From a virus (lineage: Duplodnaviria > Caudoviricetes), in IMG/VR virus record IMGVR_UViG_3300029787_000068, positions 1 to 53,348 of that record: a DNA stretch of 53,348 nucleotides. The stretch is one strand, 5' to 3'. Made by a program: the position numbers and the translations under genes. Shown piece by piece: positions 27,524-35,483 of the stretch; the first letter of the stretch is position 1, and the number at the start of each line of letters is the position of its first letter. Below the pieces are notes generated by a model. That model searched no databases, was not told where the DNA came from, and saw only the letters and a list, made by a program, of their open reading frames with translations.

Positions 27524-27603
27524 AATAAAATGCGGGGGGCCGGTCTTTCTATGGGGGAAAATAAAAAGACCCGCCACCCCGCTACCACAAGGGTATGCTT
27601 TCC

Positions 27604-27978
27604 CTAGCTAAACAATCCGCTTTCGGTCAAGCCTTTCAACTGCTTCCAGTTGATCAAGGTTTTCCCTATTTTCAAACCTTCGGATGTAAAGGTTGCCTCA
27701 CATCCCATCTGTGGGACAAAGCAACTTACCGAAAAAGGCATCTTCAAAGATGCAGGTTTATTCGCTCGCTTCACTGCGGGCTTTGCTGCGGGCTTCCGTG
27801 TTTGTGTTGTCGCATCCTTCGCGTCAGTGCCATTAAGTTTCTTTCGGATGTTGTAAAAGGTCGCATCCGAAACCTCAAACTTCTCCATGACTTCCTTCTT
27901 GGTTGCCTTCGGATTTTGTTTGAGATAGTCAGTTACGAGGCGAGTTCGCTCGCCTCGCTTCAGGGTTGTGGTAGTCAT
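27604..27978 (-). CDS. HTH DNA-binding protein
   Basis: NPKATKKEVMEKFEVSDATFYNIR; GGAGG RBS. Confidence 0.6.
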   Translation of the reverse strand: MTTTTLKRGERTRLVTDYLKQNPKATKKEVMEKFEVSDATFYNIRKKLNGTDAKDATTQTRKPAAKPAVKRANKPASLKMPFSVSCFVPQMGCEATFTSEGLKIGKTLINWKQLKGLTESGLFS

Positions 27979-28076
27979 ACCACCTCCATACAAAAGGTTC
28001 ACAAAAGTGACAGCTAGCACTGCCGTACATATCTATACTATTGGGTTGGCAATCAAAGAGTCAAGGGGTTAGTGAA

Positions 28077-28114
28077 TAAAAAAACCCGACCCGTGGAGGC
28101 GACACGGATCGGGC
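28077..28114 (-). terminator. Intrinsic terminator
   Basis: GCCCGATCCGTG-TCGCCTC-CACGGGTCGGGT followed by a T run. Confidence 0.7.
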
Positions 28115-28205
28115 AGGAGGATAGGAACCTGTGGCGAGGTTCCAGAAGAGCAATCGCTCATCAGATGTTTGTCTATTCTCGTAGAGTCCACATCCTTAGT
28201 CAACT

Positions 28206-28385
28206 CTATTTGTCGCCGTCTTTAGCGAACAACAATCCGATTGCAGCTGTGACCGCTGCGACCGTGGTTGTCCAGTCCGGCTGTTCGCCATTTACCAATG
28301 CGAGACCAGCATGTGCAATCGCTATCCCCGCAGTAATAAGACCCGCAACCGTAGTCTTGACGTTACTTTTTATATCCTTACCCAT
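28206..28385 (-). CDS. Small two-TM protein (holin-like)
   Basis: KTTVAGL...AIGLLFAKD; AAGGAG RBS. Confidence 0.55.
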   Translation of the reverse strand: MGKDIKSNVKTTVAGLITAGIAIAHAGLALVNGEQPDWTTTVAAVTAAIGLLFAKDGDK

Positions 28386-28445
28386 CAGTAGAATCTCCTT
28401 CGTGGAAAAAGCCACCGTCCAGCCCTGGACGGAACATGGTTATCG

Positions 28446-28778
28446 TCAGCCGAACTTTCGGCATTGAAACGTACCCGCTGACTTATCAGCGGTCTCCTTC
28501 TTCTTTTCTTCTTTCTTGGACTTGCCGGTGCCGTCACAAGTCTGGCACTTTACCATGACTGTGCCGTCACCGACTTTTCCTGTACCACCACAGTCCAGAC
28601 AAAGATCTCCAAGATCAGGCCCGACCGGATCAGCTTTACCGGATACGGCACCAGCGGTGGCTTCGATGATTCCTTGCCATTCACTCGCTGTCCATGCCTC
28701 CGCAGAACCAGATAGCAATACTAATAAGAGAAGCAGCGACAACGCCGAAGAACGCAAAATAATCAATCGGGTCCACAT
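28446..28778 (-). CDS. Secreted/membrane protein with DnaJ-type CxxCxGxG zinc finger
   Basis: Signal-like N-terminus; CLDCGGTG and CQTCDGTG. Confidence 0.6.
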   Translation of the reverse strand: MWTRLIILRSSALSLLLLLVLLSGSAEAWTASEWQGIIEATAGAVSGKADPVGPDLGDLCLDCGGTGKVGDGTVMVKCQTCDGTGKSKKEEKKKETADKSAGTFQCRKFG

Positions 28779-28787
28779 ACAGGTCTC

Positions 28788-28949
28788 CTATTTACAAGCT
28801 TTGCAGTGACTAAGCGGAATGATCTGCACAGTCTTAACTTTGAGACACGCACCGCCACGGCATCGACGATGGTGAACTCTCCAAGCTACACCGCCAAAAA
28901 TAAAACACGCAATCAGTAAACTAGCAACCGAACTCTTCGCAAAATTCAT
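28788..28949 (-). CDS. 53-aa membrane-anchored Cys-containing protein
   Basis: ATGA overlap with the peptidase stop; MNFAKSSVASLLIACFIFGGVAWRVHHRRCRGGAC...CKACK. Not in the ORF track. Confidence 0.45.
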   Translation of the reverse strand: MNFAKSSVASLLIACFIFGGVAWRVHHRRCRGGACLKVKTVQIIPLSHCKACK

Positions 28950-29971
28950 AATCTGCTCCAGTAGTCAGAACCCCAGTCGGGGAGTTTTTGCGGGGGCCAT
29001 CCTTCGGCACCCGACAACGCTATGAAGGACCGCCTCTTCGCATCTGACCAACGAGACCAGAAGGCACCCTTCGGAATTTCAGTGTTCGTTCCGATAATTT
29101 TTCGACCGCCGGAGTTCCATCCAGATCCCCAGGAGTTCAGGATACAAACGACTGGCTCACCCCAGGTGTCGTATGCAATCTGTCGGTCGTCTACAGCAAT
29201 GATTGCCATCGCATGACTCCAACTGCCGGACCGCTTAGAAAATCCATACACATCCTTGCGGCTGCTCCATCCTTCACCGCCACATGTAGAGATCCCATAT
29301 CCATTTGCAATCAGGTCGCGAACTTCCTCAAAAGAATCGCAACTGGTCGCTTGTTTGATAGCATGCTTCATCCCGAACTCTTTGACAGAGTTGGGGGGTG
29401 AAGTTCGTCCCCACTTCCCTGCGAGAGATGCACTGTATTTGGTCAGATCGAATCCGAAGTCGGGCCGGTAATCTTTACGAACCCACATGCCGGATTCATT
29501 CACAGCCACTCGACTTGCATGATGACAGCCCCATCCATCCCCGCCATGATCACGCCACCAGTAGATCGCTTCCGTGGAGAGGACGCCATTTCGCTCTGCT
29601 ACATCCGAAACAGCGGGCGGGCCTTCTATGATGCCTGTGTCTTCGTCCGGCTTACCTGCTACAATTTCACAGGCTAAAGTTAACAGCTGTGCATTCTTAG
29701 TTGAGTGGCTGACGCAATCGCCCCGTCTTTGTGCGGGTCCAGGCATAGCCTGCGGCCAGATCATCTCAATGCACTTGAATGGAATTGACAGCTTCCCCTT
29801 TCCCGTCTCGGCCAGTCCGAACGAGTGACACGCATCTGAAGCATGAGGGGAAGACATCGTGTCGTTGAACTTGTCCTCTTCTTGCGGATCTGCATACACG
29901 CCTTCAAAGCCATCTTCATACGCTTTGACTAGGCTGTTCACAGACCTTACGTTTCTGAGTCGTCTTCTCAT
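28946..29971 (-). CDS. Papain-like (C1-type) cysteine peptidase
   Basis: Q..GDCV (catalytic Cys), WSHAM (His) and ILNSWG (Asn). Confidence 0.8.
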   Translation of the reverse strand: MRRRLRNVRSVNSLVKAYEDGFEGVYADPQEEDKFNDTMSSPHASDACHSFGLAETGKGKLSIPFKCIEMIWPQAMPGPAQRRGDCVSHSTKNAQLLTLACEIVAGKPDEDTGIIEGPPAVSDVAERNGVLSTEAIYWWRDHGGDGWGCHHASRVAVNESGMWVRKDYRPDFGFDLTKYSASLAGKWGRTSPPNSVKEFGMKHAIKQATSCDSFEEVRDLIANGYGISTCGGEGWSSRKDVYGFSKRSGSWSHAMAIIAVDDRQIAYDTWGEPVVCILNSWGSGWNSGGRKIIGTNTEIPKGAFWSRWSDAKRRSFIALSGAEGWPPQKLPDWGSDYWSRL

Positions 29972-30438
29972 TGTCGTGTGGCCCATCCTAGTGATTTAAA
30001 TACATCCACAACCTGCGCTCGGTTTGCATCGTTCAGCGGGACGACCTCGTCTCCAATTTGCAGAGTGATGTATTTGTCCACCGCTACGTTGTAGCCAGGA
30101 ATGAACGGGATCTGTCCGGCCTGAACTGCTAAAGCTCCAGCTTGCTGGTGAGTGTTCCGAACGTCTTGGGTGTTCGTCAGGATCTTTCGATCCGACCCGA
30201 TGACTGTTTCCAGTCCGAAAAATAACTTTCCAAGCTCGGGCTTTGCCTCGGGATGTTTAGCCAACACCTCAATCACGGGGCCAAGCTCTTGCTGTTGTGC
30301 AGACGTAGGCACATAGGCAGGATCTGTGTCGGTCCCGTCCGGCAGGTTGGACAACAATGGAACCAGCTTAAAAATTAAATACATCACCAACGCAATTACT
30401 GGTGAGTATCGGACTGCTTTCTTACCGTCCAAACTCAT
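29968..30438 (-). CDS. Membrane-anchored hypothetical protein
   Basis: N-terminal TM segment; coupled to the peptidase gene. Confidence 0.6.
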   Translation of the reverse strand: MSLDGKKAVRYSPVIALVMYLIFKLVPLLSNLPDGTDTDPAYVPTSAQQQELGPVIEVLAKHPEAKPELGKLFFGLETVIGSDRKILTNTQDVRNTHQQAGALAVQAGQIPFIPGYNVAVDKYITLQIGDEVVPLNDANRAQVVDVFKSLGWATRQ

Positions 30439-30737
30439 TTGGATCTCCTTGTGGATCTTGTTTTTGGTTGAGGCTGCGACTTATGTGAAGAGGGTTGTCG
30501 CCAATGATCCGCAATCACATCACCAGCGGCAACCACTGCCGCATACTCCTCGGGACATCCTTCGCAAGCTCGCATCAACTCGTTGATCAAATCCATACGA
30601 AGTTGAAAGTCTCGGGGCGTGTGTATTTTTTTAGTATCTGGGCCAAGTAAGTACTTGATGATGGGCGTCCAAAATATCGAGATGATCGACATTATGACTA
30701 AGCCCACGACAACCCATACCTCAATGCCTATGTTCAC
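30435..30737 (-). CDS. Membrane-anchored hypothetical protein
   Basis: N-terminal TM segment; GGAGG RBS. Confidence 0.6.
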   Translation of the reverse strand: MNIGIEVWVVVGLVIMSIISIFWTPIIKYLLGPDTKKIHTPRDFQLRMDLINELMRACEGCPEEYAAVVAAGDVIADHWRQPSSHKSQPQPKTRSTRRSK

Positions 30738-30973
30738 GGTTCGTCCTCCATGCTCGGAAAAGTGGGAGTCTCCAGTCTCGGAGACTTAAACTTTTTCAAT
30801 TTCCTAAAATTTTCTTGATGCTCCTGCAAACAAGTATCACACAAATCTAGTTTGTCATCTTCTCGGATCGCCTCGGTTGAACGCTTAGACATGTCGGTCC
30901 ATTGCCAGTAAACCGTCAGGGCCGATGTCTTCGTCCCGCATGCACAGCAAAAGGTCGTGGTAATTTTCCCCAT
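30734..30973 (-). CDS. Small CxxC...CxxC zinc-finger protein
   Basis: FCCACG...DLCDTC; overlaps the upstream ORF by ~90 nt. Confidence 0.45.
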   Translation of the reverse strand: MGKITTTFCCACGTKTSALTVYWQWTDMSKRSTEAIREDDKLDLCDTCLQEHQENFRKLKKFKSPRLETPTFPSMEDEP

Positions 30974-31307
30974 GCGTCTTGGTCGTATCGACGACCTCCA
31001 AATAAATGCCTGCCCGCTGACAAATGATGACACTCCGAAGATAGTAGATTCTATCGAGAGGCTCATCCTTAGCCAACAGAATTATTCCAGGCTTTTTCTG
31101 GAGTAATGCAGAATAGAGTAAAGCCTGACCTGGGGCTTCTTTATACTTCTTCAGCCATTCGACTTCAAAAGCATATTCATCGGTGACTACGTCTGCACGC
31201 GCACCGCAAAACGATTTGACTTCGGCCAGACCGCTTTTTTGTTGAGCAATCCATTTGCTCCAAGTGGTCTCTCTATCCGTCGATTTCGGGCGGGGGATCT
31301 GGTGCAT
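30885..31307 (-). CDS. PD-(D/E)xK nuclease-fold-like protein
   Basis: RADVVT...AFEVE...EA.GQAL.Y pattern. Confidence 0.55.
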   Translation of the reverse strand: MHQIPRPKSTDRETTWSKWIAQQKSGLAEVKSFCGARADVVTDEYAFEVEWLKKYKEAPGQALLYSALLQKKPGIILLAKDEPLDRIYYLRSVIICQRAGIYLEVVDTTKTHGENYHDLLLCMRDEDIGPDGLLAMDRHV

Positions 31308-31695
31308 TCCAATCCTTTGGTAGCTGGCCGTTCCACTTCTCGAACATTTTGATTGCTAGCTCTTCCTCAAGCTTGGCGTAGTGTGCAATCTTTTGAAGGT
31401 CTTGAACTTTCTTCTTTAACGCGCTGAGTTGAGCAAGTCCTCGGGTCTCTGATCGAGAAGCATACTTGATGATGTTCCCCATATTGTATCCGATACCGTT
31501 TAGTGTGATGTACACCACCGGCTCAATTTCATAAGTCTTATAGTGATCGCCACCTACTTGGTATGTAAGGCTTTCCATATCTTTCGTAACACTTCCATAA
31601 GTTGAGACGCCAGATTCTTCACATGAATCCATGTTAGAGTTTTCCTTTTTTGTTTTCTTTTTTTTATTGGCATGAGTACGGTCTGATTTTCTCAT
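31273..31695 (-). CDS. DUF3310-like protein
   Basis: QVGGDHYK..IEP...GNIIKY..R...DL.K..HY. Confidence 0.75.
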   Translation of the reverse strand: MRKSDRTHANKKKKTKKENSNMDSCEESGVSTYGSVTKDMESLTYQVGGDHYKTYEIEPVVYITLNGIGYNMGNIIKYASRSETRGLAQLSALKKKVQDLQKIAHYAKLEEELAIKMFEKWNGQLPKDWNAPDPPPEIDG

Positions 31696-32281
31696 TGGTC
31701 AAGTATCGCAACCTTTCATTGCTTACATCCCAAATATCGGGCCGATCATACTCGTCCAAAGATACGATCTTGCCTTGTAAAATATCACTCGAAACTTTTT
31801 CCGTGTCATGATAGTCAAACACATAAAATATCTCACAATCGTCACACGGAGTGTATCCCCCCGCTTTTCGATGAATTAGCAGATCCTTGACTAAATTATG
31901 CACCGCAATATCAAAAGCATGTGAAAAGTTGTTGCTGTCGTTGTGCGTGATTACAGAAGAGAACCCCTCTGCATCTTGCAACATGTTGTGCAATCGTAAG
32001 TATGCCGGAGATAGTTCGTCTTGACAGTACGCAAGGTGTTCGTCAATAACCTTTGACCCTTGCGGAAACGATCTTGGATCGTGATAGATGTAGTTCCAAA
32101 TATGAAAGTTCTCGATCTCCCAGTAGTTCATCGAGCGACGAAAAGATCGACGGAGGTCCGCATCCTGCCCGCCGGTCAAGCACACCACAGTGATGTTTGA
32201 GTCGGTGGCAAACAGTGAACCTCCATACAAGACTTCGTCTCCAGGTCGAGCAACAATCATCAAATGTTCAGCTTCACTCAT
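31664..32281 (-). CDS. PIG-L/LmbE deacetylase-like protein, degenerate metal site
   Basis: IVARPGDE...GG (canonical AHPDDE), VVCLT and VITH. Confidence 0.5.
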   Translation of the reverse strand: MSEAEHLMIVARPGDEVLYGGSLFATDSNITVVCLTGGQDADLRRSFRRSMNYWEIENFHIWNYIYHDPRSFPQGSKVIDEHLAYCQDELSPAYLRLHNMLQDAEGFSSVITHNDSNNFSHAFDIAVHNLVKDLLIHRKAGGYTPCDDCEIFYVFDYHDTEKVSSDILQGKIVSLDEYDRPDIWDVSNERLRYLTNEKIRPYSCQ

Positions 32282-33155
32282 CGGGTTGGTTCCTAAATCT
32301 TTCGGGATCCCAAGCTCCTTTGACGGCACCCTGGGGATACATCATTCTTCGGAGGTACGTCAGGATATCTGAGTGTACCGGATCGGCATCACTTTCGGCT
32401 GCGGGTTTATTTACCCACGCAATAATCTGTTGAATATCCAATTCGTTTTGGTCGTTGTCCAGTCCGAAAATATCCGACAACGCTGTCTGTGTCGTTGCCC
32501 AGTTCCCAGCAGTTCCATAGTCTACATCTTTGCCCAGCAGATCGGAATAAGATGCCCGCTGTGAAACTAGCATCGGCTCGAACGAATAGAACGGCATCTG
32601 ACATTGAGCATGCCATAGCCCAAGAATTTCGTCCTGAACATAGTAGTCGATGTTCTTCAGGCATTCGCCAATCATCCACGCCCCGACCTTCGGACGGAAC
32701 ATGTAGCAATGCATTCCGGTAGCCCCCAGGCATTTTCCAATCTTTTCATTGATCATGATCGGACCGACCCTGTGAAAACATCCGGCATACGCCAGTCCGT
32801 AATCGCGGGGAAGCATTTGATAGTACTTCACAAAGTCATCGAGGAACGTGTCGGGATCCAGCGGAACCGCATCGTCCTCAAAGATTAGTACTTCGTCATG
32901 CCCAGCGTTCAGGGCTTCACGCATGACCGCACAGTGAGACAGCGAACAGGCAACTGAACCCTTGCTGTGTGTTTCGTCTTCTCGATACTGACCAGCTTCA
33001 AGCGGGATCCCATCTTCGGCATCCCATGCTTGAAAGCGGTCAATGTCTGTGTTTAGTAATTCAACCCACACCTCCTCAAACTGCGACCAGCGATCAGGAC
33101 GCCGGTCTAGGTTGATGCAATACACCGCATCGAATAGTTCGTTTAATACGTTCAT
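32274..33155 (-). CDS. Glycosyltransferase family 25
   Basis: YCINLDRRPDRW, ACSLSH and LIFEDDA. Confidence 0.85.
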   Translation of the reverse strand: MNVLNELFDAVYCINLDRRPDRWSQFEEVWVELLNTDIDRFQAWDAEDGIPLEAGQYREDETHSKGSVACSLSHCAVMREALNAGHDEVLIFEDDAVPLDPDTFLDDFVKYYQMLPRDYGLAYAGCFHRVGPIMINEKIGKCLGATGMHCYMFRPKVGAWMIGECLKNIDYYVQDEILGLWHAQCQMPFYSFEPMLVSQRASYSDLLGKDVDYGTAGNWATTQTALSDIFGLDNDQNELDIQQIIAWVNKPAAESDADPVHSDILTYLRRMMYPQGAVKGAWDPERFRNQPDE

Positions 33156-33181
33156 TCTGTTAGCATACTATAGTTTGGTCG

Positions 33182-33230
33182 AAAAAAAACCTCTCCTCTA
33201 CGGGCGAATATGAAGCCCTGAGAAAAAGGT
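33182..33230 (-). terminator. Intrinsic terminator
   Basis: ACCTTTTTCTCAGGGC...GCCCGTAGAGGAGAGGT followed by a T run. Confidence 0.55.
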
Positions 33231-33356
33231 CGGGTGTTTAGGCAGTCACGGACTCACCCGTGGAGGAACCGCTTGATGTGATCGCACCTCCAGTCCGACA
33301 GGGTAAATTATCCCGCCCCTGCGCCGGTTGTTTCGTTTATAAAGCCCCTGGTTGGG

Positions 33357-33602
33357 TCAGCACCCCCTTTCTACACGGGCTGAAAAATCTTTGTTAGCTT
33401 CGATACGAGAATCGAAGTAGTGACCGCATGCCCAGCTGGTGTCTCCCACACCAATCCAACCCGTTACAAATCGGGCTTGAGTGGGGTCAACGGGATGCAG
33501 GTCCACGAGAATAATATATCCGTCTCTCGTTCCCTCTTCAGCGGGGATCAGGCTTGAGGCGACGATCATTCCGTTGATCCTTGGTAGGCAGTCTTGTGAC
33601 AT
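33357..33602 (-). CDS. Hypothetical protein
   Basis: AAGGA RBS after a promoter; FVTGW...W..GHYF motif. Confidence 0.6.
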   Translation of the reverse strand: MSQDCLPRINGMIVASSLIPAEEGTRDGYIILVDLHPVDPTQARFVTGWIGVGDTSWACGHYFDSRIEANKDFSARVERGC

Positions 33603-33642
33603 TGTTTTTTCCTTTGTTGAAGTATCGTTGATTGATGCCCTG

Positions 33643-33670
33643 ATTATAATACCGTTATCGGCAATGTAAA
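33643..33670 (-). promoter_or_regulatory. CCGAT-spacer promoter
   Basis: TTTACA-TTGCCGATAACGGTAT (16 nt)-TATAAT. Confidence 0.7.
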
Positions 33671-33689
33671 CCCCAATTCCTTAAAAAAA

Positions 33690-35304
33690 ATAAAAAAAAA
33701 TCGAGTCCCCTAACTAGGAGGCAGTCCGACTCGGGTTTCCATTCGTGTACTACCCGCCTCGCAGGTGCGCGCCCGCGAGGTGCCACTTGGTACATCTTCA
33801 ACAGCGGGTGAATTCATGTCCGCTGCATCCAACTTCTGCCTCCTAGTTAAAGGACTCGATACGATACGAGGGTAGATCACCGAACACCTTTTTGCTTGCC
33901 TTTAATCCGATGTGGTTCCATCGCTTGCAATCGACGGCATCGGCTGATTCCCTAATGACCCTCGAAATAATCGGGTGGCCTTTACGGGTCGGGCGGGTCG
34001 ATACATCATTAGCTCCCGCCTCCGGCACCTACCACGGTATCCGGCGGTGTCCGGTGATCTAACCTCGATACGAGTGAGTTTTTACTTCTGAGCAGGGTGT
34101 GAGTAAATATGCCCAGAGATTGCGGCGGCGTTTGCTTTAGGGGCTACGTTCCACTCAGGATCAATGTCCACTTTTGTGCTGCATCAGGTGGGACCGTATT
34201 AAGTTCCCAGCTGAGAGGTTTTATTTCAACCCTTCCCCATGTTCGCTCTGCATACCCCCTTCCGAACCTCTTACGAACTTAGGATCAACTCCCACGTTGT
34301 CTTTACACAGTTAGCTTCGATCCGTCCCACAACTGGATTGCACTCTTAGTGCGTAATGCAAAAGCACTCCCGTCACAGGTTGGCCCACTAACTGGCTGAC
34401 ACGGCCCGCCAGATTCGCACTGGGGGTCAGCTTCAAAGATCCGTACTGGTTTATAGCAAGAACCCACTCGATTGAATGACTAAGATCTTGAACCGAAACG
34501 GGGCGATATTCGCTGATCAGGCTTATCAGGAGGTGGGTTCAGCTAATGCTTTCGGCCCTCCTGCGAGATGGTCACACGTTCGCGTTGTGTGAGTCCCGTC
34601 GAGACGATTGACACGGTTCAAGATCTTAGTCACTCGGAGAGTAACCTGGGAGAGGGCATCACCCTGTCGGGTAGTCGAGCGTTATTGGTCCCGTCACTTT
34701 TGATGCCGCCCACCGCAATCGTAGCTGATGAGGAGCGACCATCAAAAGCCAGTTTATTGCAGTGGGTTGGGTGGTTGCTGTCGGAGTGCTTAGTTACTCA
34801 AGGCTACATTAAAACGCCATGTCCCGACCTTAGTGTTGGCTACAACCGTTTCACCCTCCCAGGTTACTCTCAAGAGTGTATTGAAAGGCTGACTCGTAGG
34901 GGAGTTAAACCCCCCGACACTGCATCCGAAAGTGAAACGCTGTAAAACGCTTCGGACTGCGGTTGTTCAATATCGTCATATCGAACCCCGATTGGCCCTT
35001 TACTTTCAGAAGTTACATCAGTGCCGCTTACTCAAGCGAGCCTTTCAATACACTCCATCGAGTGTGAGAGTAGAAGGTTCAAAGATTCACTTCTCCGAAT
35101 GGAGTCACAGCCACTTACAATCGGTCATGGATTTTCAAGCCATTAACTTTTTTTGAATCCTTGAACTTTCTACTCTCGAAGTTTTGTCGTACTGCTTCGC
35201 AGCCGGTGGGTACTTCTCCTCGACTAATCGTCGTGACCCTGTGTGATGTCGTTTGGTTCATTCGCATGTAAGTGAGTCACACAACTCACACTCAACTCTC
35301 ATGT
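33690..35304 (-). ncRNA. Long structured non-coding transcript: leader plus seven stem-closed RNA modules
   Basis: No credible ORF; promoter at 35310-35337; seven abutting 16-25 bp inverted-repeat pairs with G-U bias on the - strand; ends in a U-tract. Confidence 0.8.
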
Positions 35305-35309
35305 TCTTA

Positions 35310-35337
35310 ATAGTACCATTATCGGAAACATTGTCAA
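35310..35337 (-). promoter_or_regulatory. CCGAT-spacer promoter upstream of the ncRNA array
   Basis: TTGACA-ATGTTTCCGATAATGG (16 nt)-TACTAT; nearly identical to 52985-53012. Confidence 0.7.
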
Positions 35338-35428
35338 GCACAATCCAGACAATCTGAGAAAATAGTTTGCCGATAGCGGTTTAACCCTATAAAACAAGGG
35401 AAAACTATTTCTATCTATTTTTAGAAAA

Positions 35429-35444
35429 GTGCAGATGTCTGCAC
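35429..35444. promoter_or_regulatory. 16-bp palindromic site (one of at least ten copies)
   Basis: GTGCAGATGTCTGCAC; other copies are listed in findings. Confidence 0.65.
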
Positions 35445-35483
35445 ATCCGTACAGGTAATCTTTCCGATTTCGGAAGATTGAAA

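Noticed and set aside
34215-34430. Cobalamin riboswitch
   Set aside because: Only a T-loop-like hairpin and a GGGAAG are present; other conserved elements and a regulated downstream gene are missing.
34724-34750. Hammerhead ribozyme (CTGATGA on +; also on - near 28157-28164)
   Set aside because: The required GAAA after stem II is absent in both cases.
34890-35042. Canonical tRNA or tmRNA gene
   Set aside because: No anticodon arm, no CCA, no G3-U70 pair and no tag ORF; kept only as a tRNA-like mimic.
33843-35156. ORFs 33843..34028 (-), 34568..34945 (+) and 34932..35156 (+)
   Set aside because: No recognisable motifs or convincing RBS, and they cross stem boundaries; RNA structure explains the region better.
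33700-35177. CRISPR array or integron attC array
   Set aside because: Repeats are inverted and unique to each unit, unit lengths vary from about 110 to 400 nt, and there are no direct repeats, cas genes, integrase or attC core sites.
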